Source: a virus
Strand: one strand, 5' to 3'
DNA: 64,000 bases
IMG/VR virus record: IMGVR_UViG_3300034022_000278
Coordinates: 24,043 to 88,042 of that record
The translations under genes and the position numbers were made by a program. Within the stretch, counting starts at the first letter, position 1, and each line of letters begins with the position of its first letter. Under the pieces are notes generated by a model. The model had not been told where the DNA came from. It ran no database searches and saw nothing but the letters and a program-made list of their open reading frames with translations. Positions 7,481 through 17,243 of the stretch are shown piece after piece.

Positions 7481-7644
7481 CAGCAGTAGAATGGTTAGTT
7501 GAGCAAATTAAACAGAATGTACATAATTCATTTGAAGAATTTGAATTGTTAATTGAACAAGCAAAACAAATGGAAAAGCAGCAGATAAAAGAAGCATACC
7601 TAAGAGGCATTAAGAATTATGACCCAACCTTTAAATCAGAATAA
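7477..7644 (+). CDS. MTAVE-family small protein, paralog 1
   Basis: 55-aa ORF MTAVEWL...EKQQIKEAY...TFKSE read by hand. Confidence 0.75.
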   Translation: MTAVEWLVEQIKQNVHNSFEEFELLIEQAKQMEKQQIKEAYLRGIKNYDPTFKSE

Positions 7645-7645
7645 G

Positions 7646-7834
7646 ATGACAGCAGTAGAAACACTATTAGACTGGCTTGGTAAGAATCATTACTATATTG
7701 GAAATGACTTATTAGAAAAAGTTGAAGAACTTAAGGAAGTGGAGAAGCAACAGATAATAGATGCGTATGAAACGAGCCATATATCAATGATGACAAGTGA
7801 GCAATATTATAATGAAACTTTTAAATCAGAATAA
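7646..7834 (+). CDS. MTAVE-family small protein, paralog 2
   Basis: MTAVETL...EKQQIIDAY...TFKSE; start moved to 7646 by similarity with paralog 1. Confidence 0.75.
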   Translation: MTAVETLLDWLGKNHYYIGNDLLEKVEELKEVEKQQIIDAYETSHISMMTSEQYYNETFKSE

Positions 7835-7835
7835 T

Positions 7836-7976
7836 ATGGAGTTTGTATTAGGATTTGCAATAGGTGGGTTAAGCATGTTGATTTGGTTTAAGCTAACCTT
7901 AATTCAATGGAGAAAAGAACTTGAAGAGTTGAAAGACTTTGACACTTGGAAAGAATGGAAAAATAAAACAGAATAA
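7836..7976 (+). CDS. Small N-terminal TM protein
   Basis: 46-aa ORF MEFVLGFAIGG...WKEWKNKTE. Confidence 0.65.
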   Translation: MEFVLGFAIGGLSMLIWFKLTLIQWRKELEELKDFDTWKEWKNKTE

Positions 7977-7978
7977 CT

Positions 7979-8218
7979 ATGAAAAAATCAGATGAAAAAA
8001 GATTGCAGGCAGCTATTGAAGATATACTTTGGATGGCAGCAAGGTACGCACATGGAAGACACACTTACGCACCATCTATGGTCCGATATTCAGTAGGAGT
8101 ATTTAAAGATGTATTTCCAAACTTTAATATAAAACAAGACCATGTTATTGAGCCGTCAACGGATATGTATTTTAGAAGTGATTATTTAGACGATATTTTT
8201 AATCATAAAATAGAATAA
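7979..8218 (+). CDS. Hypothetical protein
   Basis: 79-aa ORF with ARYAHGRHTYAP motif. Confidence 0.75.
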   Translation: MKKSDEKRLQAAIEDILWMAARYAHGRHTYAPSMVRYSVGVFKDVFPNFNIKQDHVIEPSTDMYFRSDYLDDIFNHKIE

Positions 8219-8219
8219 T

Positions 8220-8492
8220 ATGGAACAAGAAAATATTCCCTTAACTGAAGAATTACTCTTGAGTTTTGGATTTGAAAAAATAGTATACAATTCAGATGAA
8301 ACTGGTTTTGGGGTAGACTATAAGTTAAAACATAAGGACTTCTTATTGGTATATTGCGATGACTTCTCAATATGTATTATGGGACATGAAGATGATGTAG
8401 GTATAGCACCTGACATAGAATTATTTAGATATGTACATCAGTTACAGAATCTGTATTTTATACTATCAGGAGAACAATTAAAAACAAAATAA
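8220..8492 (+). CDS. Hypothetical protein (IPLTEE...YVHQLQNLYF family)
   Basis: 90-aa ORF; terminal motifs recognisable from Bacteroidota phage proteins. Confidence 0.75.
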   Translation: MEQENIPLTEELLLSFGFEKIVYNSDETGFGVDYKLKHKDFLLVYCDDFSICIMGHEDDVGIAPDIELFRYVHQLQNLYFILSGEQLKTK

Positions 8493-8522
8493 CACAAAGT
8501 GTGTTACACAAAATGTAGAATT

Positions 8523-8984
8523 ATGAAGAAAACAGAAAAAGTAATGTACATAGGTAACGGCTTTGGATCGTTACTATGGGGAACATGGTATAATCTTATC
8601 AAAGAGTATGACAATGATTATTTAGTATTTGATGAGTATGGCAATGAGGCTGCAATCCCAAAGAAAGACTTTGCGGATAGAGATATTGAATCTAATGTAA
8701 TAGCAGAGCAAGAATTAATAGCAAAACAAAGAGCAAGGAGTTATATGATGTTGAAAGATGGATATAGACTTAAAGAAGAAGCTCAAGATGTTGTTCAAAA
8801 AGATGTTCATTATGATAATAGTAACGGTAGCTTATACTTATTTGCTCAACAACATGAACTTAATGCTTGGGAATTTGATATCATAAAAAGAGTGGTTAGA
8901 TGTAGAGAAAAAGGATACTTTCATGAGGATTTAGCTAAGACCATAAGAGTTATTGAACTTTATTTAAAAGAACATAAATTATGA
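8523..8984 (+). CDS. DUF3310-like domain protein
   Basis: C-terminal HYD...AWEFDIIKRVVRCREKG...EDLAK; ATG at 8523 preferred over GTG 8499. Confidence 0.65.
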   Translation: MKKTEKVMYIGNGFGSLLWGTWYNLIKEYDNDYLVFDEYGNEAAIPKKDFADRDIESNVIAEQELIAKQRARSYMMLKDGYRLKEEAQDVVQKDVHYDNSNGSLYLFAQQHELNAWEFDIIKRVVRCREKGYFHEDLAKTIRVIELYLKEHKL

Positions 8985-9163
8985 CACCAAAAGAAAAAGC
9001 ATTTGAGTTAGTAGAAAAGTATACAAATGTAAGATGGGATATTGACCCTGATACTGCAAAACAATGCGCCCGAATTGCAATAGATGAAATATTAGGCTAT
9101 ATGGGTGCGGATAGAGGTACTGAGTTTTGGCAGGAAGTTAAATCCGAAATCGAAAAGTTATGA
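8981..9163 (+). CDS. MTPKEKA-family small protein
   Basis: 60-aa ORF, AKQCARIAIDEIL...FWQEVKSEI. Confidence 0.75.
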   Translation: MTPKEKAFELVEKYTNVRWDIDPDTAKQCARIAIDEILGYMGADRGTEFWQEVKSEIEKL

Positions 9164-9375
9164 AAGGAATAAAAGAACAGACTATAGCTTTAATAGATGA
9201 GTTTGAAGGTTTACGTAGTCCTAAGATGTCAGATTATTCAAACATAGAATATCCAACAGCAGAATTATGCGCACTTGTTGTAGTTAAGTATATACTAAAA
9301 GCACTAGATCCAGAAGATTATATTGCAAGAGATTATTGGTTAGAAATTGAAAATGAATTAAAAGAAGAAGAATGA
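9160..9375 (+). CDS. Paralog of 8981-9163
   Basis: AELCALVVVKYIL...YWLEIENEL aligns with the preceding ORF. Confidence 0.7.
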   Translation: MKGIKEQTIALIDEFEGLRSPKMSDYSNIEYPTAELCALVVVKYILKALDPEDYIARDYWLEIENELKEEE

Positions 9376-9596
9376 AAAAGTTATTATTATTAGTAGTATT
9401 AGCATTAGTAATGCTATCCTGCAAGAAAGAAGTGTGTAACTGCGGTGTTATACAAAGTGATAGTGTCTATGACTATTCAGTAGTTATAAGAAACAGTTGT
9501 TCTAAGAACAACAAAACATTCTACCTTAGTGAAGGAGATTGGATGAATGCTCATCCTGGAGATAATTATTGTATTACTAATGTAGATTCTTGGTAA
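9372..9596 (+). CDS. Small Cys-rich lipoprotein
   Basis: Signal peptide with lipobox MLSC and additional cysteines. Confidence 0.75.
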   Translation: MKKLLLLVVLALVMLSCKKEVCNCGVIQSDSVYDYSVVIRNSCSKNNKTFYLSEGDWMNAHPGDNYCITNVDSW

Positions 9597-9598
9597 TT

Positions 9599-9964
9599 AT
9601 GAAAAAGTTATTATTAATAGTGGTTTTACTGTTTAGTATAAACAGTTTTTCTCAAAGTATTATAAAGGCATCTGCTGCACAAATAGGATACTGGAATACA
9701 AATACAGATAAATATGACTGGAAAGCTACTGTAAAAACTACTATCACATTTACAATACAAAATGGATATATGTTTAGTACAGATAAAAACAATTCTGTAT
9801 ATGAGATAGTTTCATTAGAAAGTACTAATGGTACAGAAGGAGTGTGGAATGCAACAGATGATGTTGGAGATGACTGTAGTATTATATTAAAATATAATGC
9901 TGATGAACCAAATATACTTGCAATAGTTTATGATAACTTTTGTGTTAGATATTATTTTGAATAG
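9599..9964 (+). CDS. Secreted/periplasmic beta-rich protein
   Basis: MKKLLL...SFSQ signal peptide (Bacteroidota-type Gln after cleavage site). Confidence 0.75.
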   Translation: MKKLLLIVVLLFSINSFSQSIIKASAAQIGYWNTNTDKYDWKATVKTTITFTIQNGYMFSTDKNNSVYEIVSLESTNGTEGVWNATDDVGDDCSIILKYNADEPNILAIVYDNFCVRYYFE

Positions 9965-9986
9965 TATAAATTTATTAAAATAAAGT

Positions 9987-10202
9987 ATGAAATTATATGA
10001 TGTACCTAGATATTCTAGAGTAAAGGTTGAAGGTTTAGAAGTATTTGCTAAACCTGTAGGTGAATTTAACTTTTTATATGTAGATGGAATGTATTCTACA
10101 TGTAAAGATGATAATGGAGAATTATTTCATCTAATGGCTGATACAGAAGTAGAGTTAGTGTGTTCCATGAAGGAACATGATTTAAAATCTTTAAATAGTT
10201 AA
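9987..10202 (+). CDS. Hypothetical protein
   Basis: 71-aa ORF (MKLYDVP...DGMYS). Confidence 0.75.
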   Translation: MKLYDVPRYSRVKVEGLEVFAKPVGEFNFLYVDGMYSTCKDDNGELFHLMADTEVELVCSMKEHDLKSLNS

Positions 10203-10204
10203 AC

Positions 10205-10309
10205 ATGGCATTAATAGTAATCAGTATACTCTGCATTTTAATTTGTGGAGTTATTTTAATTGGCTTTGCAAAAAGCATCTATGACGATTTAGATAAAAAT
10301 GAATCTTAA
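10205..10309 (+). CDS. Small single-TM protein
   Basis: 34-aa hydrophobic ORF. Confidence 0.5.
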   Translation: MALIVISILCILICGVILIGFAKSIYDDLDKNES

Positions 10310-10318
10310 TTAAAAATT

Positions 10319-10519
10319 ATGAAAGCAGAAATAATAAAAAATGGAACTCTTCAGATTGTTTTAACACCTGAAGACGATTTAGACAGAGCAGCATTAGCTA
10401 TGATGTCTAAAAGCGGAGGTATAGAATCTACTATTATAGATTCACAAACTCAAGTATTAAATAAAATAATCCACGAGGGATTAATTATAAGCACAAAGAG
10501 TGTAGTAAATAATCAGTAA
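10319..10519 (+). CDS. Hypothetical protein
   Basis: 66-aa ORF. Confidence 0.7.
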   Translation: MKAEIIKNGTLQIVLTPEDDLDRAALAMMSKSGGIESTIIDSQTQVLNKIIHEGLIISTKSVVNNQ

Positions 10520-10534
10520 ACAAAAATCAAAAAC

Positions 10535-10723
10535 ATGAACAAATTATTTAAAATTGTAGAAGTAAACGGTAAATTTATCGTGATGGTTAGTACTAAAAAT
10601 CCTATTTGGAAATTTTGGGCTAAACAAACTTATGAAATAGCTATTCAAAAGAATGGCAGTCGTTGTGTGTATGATCGTTTGCGTTTTGCAAAGACATATA
10701 TTACTTTACAGGGCAAAATTTAA
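10535..10723 (+). CDS. Hypothetical protein
   Basis: 62-aa ORF. Confidence 0.65.
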   Translation: MNKLFKIVEVNGKFIVMVSTKNPIWKFWAKQTYEIAIQKNGSRCVYDRLRFAKTYITLQGKI

Positions 10724-10732
10724 TATTCTTTA

Positions 10733-12742
10733 ATGATTTATTTAGTAACTAATCAGCAGTCGTTATTTACGGCTGCTGGTTATTCTATGGCTACTGTTGA
10801 AGAATCCCTAAAGTATCTAGAGACACTAGATGTAATAGGTTTTGATACAGAAACTAGAGGAATGGACCCATTCACAAAAGATTTACTAAGTATGCAATTA
10901 GGCGATGAACAACGTCAATATGTAGTAGATTGTTTAACTGTTAGCCCAGTGCTGTATAAAGACTTGTTAGAACGTAAAGTTTTAATAATGCATAATGCTA
11001 AGTTTGACCTTAGATTCTTGCTGTATTATGGTATTGTATCTACTAAGATATTTGATACTTTCTTAGTAGAAAGAATTCTAACAACAGGTTTAGATACAGT
11101 AAGAAGATCTCTAGATGCAGTAGTATATAGATATTGTAAAATAGAATTAGATAAGACTATACGAGGTAATATTCATAGAGAAGGTTTATCTACAAGAGTT
11201 ATTAAATATGCTGCTGATGATGTTAAGTATTTACATCAAGTTAAAAGAAAGCAAGAAGTAGCTCTTGAGAATAATTTCCTAACAAGAACTGCTTCTTTAG
11301 ATAATGAATTCGTAGTATGCTTGGCATATATCGAGTTTTGTGGTATGTATATGAATCCTACAGATTGGAGAAGTAAATGCGATGATGATTTAAAAGATTT
11401 ATTAGCGGTACAAGAAACTTTGGATAATTTTATTCTAGATAATTCTGCTACTTATTCTAAATTTATTGATAATCAATTATCTCTATTTGCTTCTGGTATT
11501 AAATGTAAACTTAATTGGGCATCGTCTAAGCAAGTTATTCCGTTTATGCAATCTTTGGGTGTAGACACATTGACTAAGGACAAAGAAACAGGCTTGATGA
11601 AAGATTCTATAGACAAGAAAGTTTTAGGCCCGCAAAAGAAAAAGCATCCTATTATTTCTACATATATAGAGTATACTGAATCGCAGAAAGAAGTTAGTAC
11701 TTACGGTGAAAACTGGTTTAATTATATTAATAGTGCAACTGGAAGAGTGCATACTAATTATAATCAAATTATGAACACTGGCAGACTATCTAGTGGTCAA
11801 AAGGGCATGCCTAAGAAAGGAATAGCTCAAATGCCTAACATGCAGAATATACCAAGTGATAATAGAACTAGAGGCTGCTTTCAAGCAGAGAAAGGTAATA
11901 TGTTAGTAGTAAGTGATTATGCAGGTCAAGAGCAAATAGTATTAGCCAACAAGTCCTTAGATAAGGATTTACTTGAGTTTTATGCTAAAGGTCTTGGGGA
12001 CATGCATAGTTTTATAGCATCGAAGATATTTCCAGAATTAGGAGATTTAAGTCTAGATGAAATAAAAGATAATCATAAAGGTAAAAGACAGATTGCTAAG
12101 GGTGCAGGTTTTGCTATTAATTATGGCGGAACAGGAATGACTATTGCGCAGAATCTAAATATATCTATGACTGAAGGTGAGGAAGTTTATAAAGCTTACT
12201 TTAAAGCATTTCCTGGATTAGCTAATTATTTCAAAGTAGAAAAGAAAAGAGCATTAGAATTAGGTTATATTCAATTTAATAATATAAGCGGTAGAAAATG
12301 TTTTATTCCTTTCTTTGAGGAGTTTAAGAAACTTCACGGTGAGATATACGAAACAGATGGATTTTGGGATGATTATAAGTTAGAAAAGAGTAAAAACTCT
12401 CATACTTTCCTTAATTATTTTAAACCTAAAGTACGAGAATACTTTATGAAAAAGGGAGATATCGAAAGAATGTCTTTAAATTATCCTGTGCAAGGTAGTA
12501 GCGCAGACATTACTAAATTAGCTGGTATCTATTTCTTTAGATATTTGGTAGAGAAAGATTTAGTATTTAAAGTAAAACTACCTAATGTAGTTCACGATGA
12601 ATGGTTAGTAGAGTGTCCAGAAGAGATGGCACAAGATATGGCGGATGTCCTACAAGATTGTATGGAAAAAGCAGGTGAAGTATTCTGTAAGACAGTAAAG
12701 TTGAAAGCAGAACCGATGATAACTAAAACTTGGAAACATTAA
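10733..12742 (+). CDS. polA: Family A DNA polymerase with 3'-5' exonuclease domain
   Basis: Exo motifs FDTET, HNAKFD, YAADD; TGRLSS, PNMQNIP; motif A DYAGQE, motif B RQIAKGAGFAINYG, motif C VHDE. Confidence 0.96.
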   Translation: MIYLVTNQQSLFTAAGYSMATVEESLKYLETLDVIGFDTETRGMDPFTKDLLSMQLGDEQRQYVVDCLTVSPVLYKDLLERKVLIMHNAKFDLRFLLYYGIVSTKIFDTFLVERILTTGLDTVRRSLDAVVYRYCKIELDKTIRGNIHREGLSTRVIKYAADDVKYLHQVKRKQEVALENNFLTRTASLDNEFVVCLAYIEFCGMYMNPTDWRSKCDDDLKDLLAVQETLDNFILDNSATYSKFIDNQLSLFASGIKCKLNWASSKQVIPFMQSLGVDTLTKDKETGLMKDSIDKKVLGPQKKKHPIISTYIEYTESQKEVSTYGENWFNYINSATGRVHTNYNQIMNTGRLSSGQKGMPKKGIAQMPNMQNIPSDNRTRGCFQAEKGNMLVVSDYAGQEQIVLANKSLDKDLLEFYAKGLGDMHSFIASKIFPELGDLSLDEIKDNHKGKRQIAKGAGFAINYGGTGMTIAQNLNISMTEGEEVYKAYFKAFPGLANYFKVEKKRALELGYIQFNNISGRKCFIPFFEEFKKLHGEIYETDGFWDDYKLEKSKNSHTFLNYFKPKVREYFMKKGDIERMSLNYPVQGSSADITKLAGIYFFRYLVEKDLVFKVKLPNVVHDEWLVECPEEMAQDMADVLQDCMEKAGEVFCKTVKLKAEPMITKTWKH

Positions 12743-12743
12743 G

Positions 12744-13217
12744 ATGAAAAAAGGTAGAATTGCTAAAGTACAAAAAATTTCTTTTGAAGATAGATTATTA
12801 AAATTAAAAGAAGAATTAATTCTATTAGATAGTATTGCGCATTTACATAATTATTTTAAACATTGCAAATTGCATAAGAATAGTTATATAGTAGAATTGC
12901 GTAGAATAGTGGCATTAGAATTAATAGTTAAAGGAATTTCTTATTCAGAAATTGGTAGAATATTATCTAGAGATCATAGTAGCATACTTAGTTTACTACA
13001 TTTAGATAGTCATACTAGTGTGCATTTAGAAGTTAAGGCTAATTATCTTGAATGGATAGAAAAAGGTTTATATCCTATTACTTATACAAAGAGAGTACCT
13101 TCTGCAGATCATAAGGACGGTTGGAAGAGTATAGTTATGTATGAATTAAAAGAATTAAAAGATGACGAAAAGGGAAAAAATACAAAAAGAAGCTACTTTA
13201 GAGGCAGTAAAGAATAA
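12744..13217 (+). CDS. DnaA C-terminal-like HTH DNA-binding protein
   Basis: SYSEIGRILSRDHSSIL resembles the DnaA domain IV signature (IG..F.RDHTTV). Confidence 0.7.
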   Translation: MKKGRIAKVQKISFEDRLLKLKEELILLDSIAHLHNYFKHCKLHKNSYIVELRRIVALELIVKGISYSEIGRILSRDHSSILSLLHLDSHTSVHLEVKANYLEWIEKGLYPITYTKRVPSADHKDGWKSIVMYELKELKDDEKGKNTKRSYFRGSKE

Positions 13218-14250
13218 ATTCAATGGTATTCTTTTTGTTAGTCCCAGGGTAGGTAAATGCAAAATAACGATTGATGCTTTAAATACTGTGGATAAGGCAA
13301 TTAAGGTGTTAATTGTGGCACCTCAATTGTCTATTTTAGAGGATTGGAAGGTAGAAATTGTTAAATGGAATCTTGTAGATAACATTGATGTAGAATATGT
13401 TTGGAGCAATAGTTTGAAGAAAATAAATGCTGGTGCTTATCATCTAATTATTGCTGATGAGTGTCATAGTTATAATCTAAAGGTACTTGCACAATTGCGT
13501 CTACATCAAATAAAAGGTAGTAGAATTTTAGGATTAACTGGAACTTTAACACAACAAGATGAGTTTAATTTAAATAATATTCTTACCTTAGCTCCCTTCT
13601 TCACATATACTTTCGAGCAAGCTATCAAGGACAAAATTATTGCAGATTATGAAATAATTTGTGTCGCTGTAGATTTGGATAATACTGAAAAATATGTATT
13701 AGGAGGGTCAGAGGCCGCGCCTTTTTATCAAACAGAGAAAGATGCTTATAATTATTGGGATACTGCTTATAAAACGGCTGTACACAAGGGTAGGTACAAA
13801 AATCTAAGATTCTTAATGTCTAAAAGAACAGGAATTATTTATAATTCTAAAGCTAAATTAGATGCTACTGTAGGAATAGTAGGTTCGATAAAAGGTAGGT
13901 GCTTGATATTTACAGGTAGGCAAGAAATTGCCAATCAAATAGGCGATGGATGCTTTCACAGTAAAGCTGATAAGTCTTCTTTAGAAGATTTTAAAACTGG
14001 CAAGATTAATAAATTATCTGTTATTTCTATGATTTCTATGGGCATTACTATTCCTAATTTAAAGATAGCAGTGTTCAATCAATTGAAAAGTGTAGAGAGT
14101 CTTTGTATTCAGCAAACAATGCGTGCTATGAATCTTCAAGGTAAATCTAAAGCCAAGATATATATACTATATCTTAAAGGCACTCAAGACGAAGTATGGA
14201 TGAATTCTGCATTACAAGGATTTGAAAAAACTAAAATTAAATGGATATGA
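13162..14250 (+). CDS. Superfamily 2 (DExH) helicase
   Basis: Walker A PRVGK, DECH, GLTGT, QTMRAMN. Confidence 0.85.
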   Translation: MTKREKIQKEATLEAVKNKFNGILFVSPRVGKCKITIDALNTVDKAIKVLIVAPQLSILEDWKVEIVKWNLVDNIDVEYVWSNSLKKINAGAYHLIIADECHSYNLKVLAQLRLHQIKGSRILGLTGTLTQQDEFNLNNILTLAPFFTYTFEQAIKDKIIADYEIICVAVDLDNTEKYVLGGSEAAPFYQTEKDAYNYWDTAYKTAVHKGRYKNLRFLMSKRTGIIYNSKAKLDATVGIVGSIKGRCLIFTGRQEIANQIGDGCFHSKADKSSLEDFKTGKINKLSVISMISMGITIPNLKIAVFNQLKSVESLCIQQTMRAMNLQGKSKAKIYILYLKGTQDEVWMNSALQGFEKTKIKWI

Positions 14251-14561
14251 AATTTGATAGTATTAACGAATGGTCTAGGTCTATAAAAGATAGATTAGAC
14301 ATTGCAGTAGAAGACGATAAACTGTTACAATTAACAGAAATGGTACTTAATAAAAAAATAAAGTATGATTTTATGGGATTTGTAACTTTTGATGAGCCTA
14401 GATTTGATCTTATAACTGCTTTAGAAATAGATATAATAGCAGATGAAATAGAATTAGCAGTATTGCGAGAAGAAATATTTCTATCTAAATTTAATTGCTA
14501 TGATGTTGAAGAATTGTTAGATAAATTAATATATGGGTATGAAGATAGAGCTTACAATTGA
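14241..14561 (+). CDS. Hypothetical protein
   Basis: 106-aa ORF. Confidence 0.7.
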   Translation: MDMKFDSINEWSRSIKDRLDIAVEDDKLLQLTEMVLNKKIKYDFMGFVTFDEPRFDLITALEIDIIADEIELAVLREEIFLSKFNCYDVEELLDKLIYGYEDRAYN

Positions 14562-15111
14562 GAAAATGGTTGAAAAGCAATTATTACCTAATCAGGTAAT
14601 ATTATTGTTGTTAATGTATAACCAAAAGTTTAATGAGATTAAGAGTTTATTCGGTATAAAGGAAGCAATTATTATTAGAGATAGTTTAGTAGGTACTCCG
14701 TACATATTAAATACTACAGGTAGCAATATAAAATTCATGGAAACTCTTATTAGCAGAGAAAATGTTGCAGATTTATTGGGAATTAAAACGGATGCTAATA
14801 TTAATTTCTGGGAATTTTATAATTGTTATCCTGTAAAAGTTGGCTCTAGAGTATTGCGCGCATCGGGCCCTACTTCACAGTTAGCATTAAAGCATGAGAA
14901 GAAATATCTAATGCGTGTTAAAACTAATGAGAGCCATCTTAAGGCTATAGCAAGTATTAGTGCTTATGTGGCTAAACAGAAGTCTAGTGGTAAGTTAGAA
15001 TTTTTGCAGAATATGGAAACTGTATTAAACAACAGTTCTTGGGAACAATGGGAAGTATTTATTCAAGAAAGCGGAAAGGAGGAAGAGGAGTGGAATAGCA
15101 CAACTATTTAA
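14533..15111 (+). CDS. Putative replication initiator/helicase loader
   Basis: FWEFYNCYPVK motif; immediately upstream of DnaB. Confidence 0.55.
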   Translation: MGMKIELTIEKMVEKQLLPNQVILLLLMYNQKFNEIKSLFGIKEAIIIRDSLVGTPYILNTTGSNIKFMETLISRENVADLLGIKTDANINFWEFYNCYPVKVGSRVLRASGPTSQLALKHEKKYLMRVKTNESHLKAIASISAYVAKQKSSGKLEFLQNMETVLNNSSWEQWEVFIQESGKEEEEWNSTTI

Positions 15112-15130
15112 ATTTAAACAAATAAAAATT

Positions 15131-16204
15131 ATGGCAAAAATAAAATATTGGGATAAACTCAAGGAAGAGATTGCCAGGGGTAAGTTAGGATTAAACACGG
15201 GTATTCCCTTTAGTGGATTTACTACTCTTAGTAAGCATATTAAGAATATTCAACAAGGTAGATATGATCTAATCTTTGCAGGTACTTCTATCGGTAAAAC
15301 TGCATTTGTAAATAGTACCTATGTTTATGGTGCTATAGAATATCTTCAGAATAATCCTGGGTATGTGCACGATTTAGAGATTATCTACTATTCTTTAGAG
15401 ATTCCTCCGCAAGATCAGATTGCTAAGCATATTGCTTCTTTAATCTGGAAGAACCATGGGATACTAACTTCTATTGATGAAATTAAATCTAAGGGTGACA
15501 TGGAAATATCACCTCAAGTAGAGTTGTTAATAGGGGAATATGAGGTAAAAATGAATGAGATTCAGGATAAGTATCTATTTTATAGAAGTAATTTAAATCC
15601 TGATTTCTTATATAAAGACCTAATGGGGTATGCTGAAAAAAGAGGTACAGTAATACGTGATGACAATGATTTTATCATTGATTATGTTCCTAATAATCCT
15701 TCTTTAATTACCTTAATAATTATTGATCATATTGGTTTAGTAGATCTTGGTAAATACTCTAGTTTAAAAGAAGCTATTGACAAAATCTCTAAGACCTTAG
15801 TGTTCTTTAGGAATAAATTTAACTTTAGTCCAGTAGTAATATCTCAAATAAATAGGGGCTCTGAACAAATGGACAGAAGAGATGGAGATAGTTGGATGCC
15901 AATGCTCAGCGATATTAAAAATACAGGCAATGTAGCAGAGGATTCAAATACTATTATAGGTCTAGCAAGTCCTTTTTATTTAGGAGTAGAGAAATGCCTT
16001 GGATATGACATCGGTAAATTTAGGGATAGATATAGGTTAGCTAAGATTCTGAAAAATCGGGATGGACAAGCACAACTAAATATTAGCTTCCTGTTTATTG
16101 GCGAGTATGGGGGATATTATCAATTACCCAAAGCGGACGAATTAAACGGAAAGCCTGAAGAGCTTAAAAAGATTGATGAATATTATAAAAACAAGAACTT
16201 ATGA
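15131..16204 (+). CDS. dnaB: DnaB-like replicative helicase
   Basis: GTSIGKT Walker A, YSLE, IIIDHIGL Walker B, ISQINR, KNRDG. Confidence 0.9.
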   Translation: MAKIKYWDKLKEEIARGKLGLNTGIPFSGFTTLSKHIKNIQQGRYDLIFAGTSIGKTAFVNSTYVYGAIEYLQNNPGYVHDLEIIYYSLEIPPQDQIAKHIASLIWKNHGILTSIDEIKSKGDMEISPQVELLIGEYEVKMNEIQDKYLFYRSNLNPDFLYKDLMGYAEKRGTVIRDDNDFIIDYVPNNPSLITLIIIDHIGLVDLGKYSSLKEAIDKISKTLVFFRNKFNFSPVVISQINRGSEQMDRRDGDSWMPMLSDIKNTGNVAEDSNTIIGLASPFYLGVEKCLGYDIGKFRDRYRLAKILKNRDGQAQLNISFLFIGEYGGYYQLPKADELNGKPEELKKIDEYYKNKNL

Positions 16205-16497
16205 TAAAAGACAAGTATATTTGGGTAAAAGCTAAGTTAACTGCTCATCCAGCTTTACGAGATTCTAATGAGAGGTTGTATTATAACTATCTACAAGAGA
16301 TAGGGTACGATATTAATAAGCCAACTAAAGAGTTTCTAAAAGATATGGAGAAAAGAGTTATACCTTATATGGATTCTTTTGGGAGAGCTTCTCGTAAAGT
16401 ACAAGAGGAACATCCTCATCTAAGAGGCGCTACTTGGCAGAAAAGAAAGACAGTAAAAGAGGCAGAAATACGCCAAGAAATTAGGGATTTAACTTAA
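16201..16497 (+). CDS. Hypothetical protein
   Basis: 98-aa ORF (LRDSNERL...RASRKVQEEHPHLRG). Confidence 0.75.
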   Translation: MIKDKYIWVKAKLTAHPALRDSNERLYYNYLQEIGYDINKPTKEFLKDMEKRVIPYMDSFGRASRKVQEEHPHLRGATWQKRKTVKEAEIRQEIRDLT

Positions 16498-16543
16498 AAA
16501 TCCTTATCTTTAATAAAGTAAACAATCTAAAAATCAACAATTT

Positions 16544-17218
16544 ATGGGTCAACTCGTGTTTGTCGTTGGAAAAAGCGGCACAGGAAAATCTACCTCATTA
16601 CGGAACCTAAATCCAGAGGAAACAATTATCATTAATACGGATCAAAAAGCGCTTCCGTTTAAACAATTTAACTTAAAGTACAATGAAGAGAATGACAATT
16701 ATGTCAAGACTTCTGATGTGCAAGTAGTAATTGGTACCTTAAAGCGGGCACATGGTAATAAAAAAATCAAAACTGTTATCATCGACACATGGAGTCGTAT
16801 AATGACAGATGCAGTAATGAATCCTTCTTTTCGAGCAGAAAAAGGTTTTGATAAGTATGGCAAATTTGCCGCTAATCAATATGACTTAATTAATATCATT
16901 AATGATAAATTAAGAGAAGATATCATTGTATATTTATTTGCTCATCCAGAAACTCACTATGATGATGGTGGTTTCTCTACAGAAAGAATCGGTGTACAAG
17001 GTAAAATGCTAGAAAGATTCGTTCCTGAAAGCTTTAGTTCTATTGTGTTTTATGCAGAAATTGTAAAGACACCTGGGGCACCAAATCGTCACGTATTTAG
17101 AACCTTAAATTCTGGTACAGATACGTGCAAAACTCCTATTGAAATGTTTGAAGAAGCTCTAGTAGATAATGATCTAGTAGAGGTAAACGCAGTCATAAGA
17201 GAATATTATTCAATTTAA
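16544..17218 (+). CDS. AAA_24/Sak4-like P-loop ATPase
   Basis: GKSGTGKS Walker A, VIIDT Walker B, C-terminal KTP..MF. Confidence 0.85.
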   Translation: MGQLVFVVGKSGTGKSTSLRNLNPEETIIINTDQKALPFKQFNLKYNEENDNYVKTSDVQVVIGTLKRAHGNKKIKTVIIDTWSRIMTDAVMNPSFRAEKGFDKYGKFAANQYDLINIINDKLREDIIVYLFAHPETHYDDGGFSTERIGVQGKMLERFVPESFSSIVFYAEIVKTPGAPNRHVFRTLNSGTDTCKTPIEMFEEALVDNDLVEVNAVIREYYSI

Positions 17219-17243
17219 TAAATAACCAATAAAAAGTAAAACA

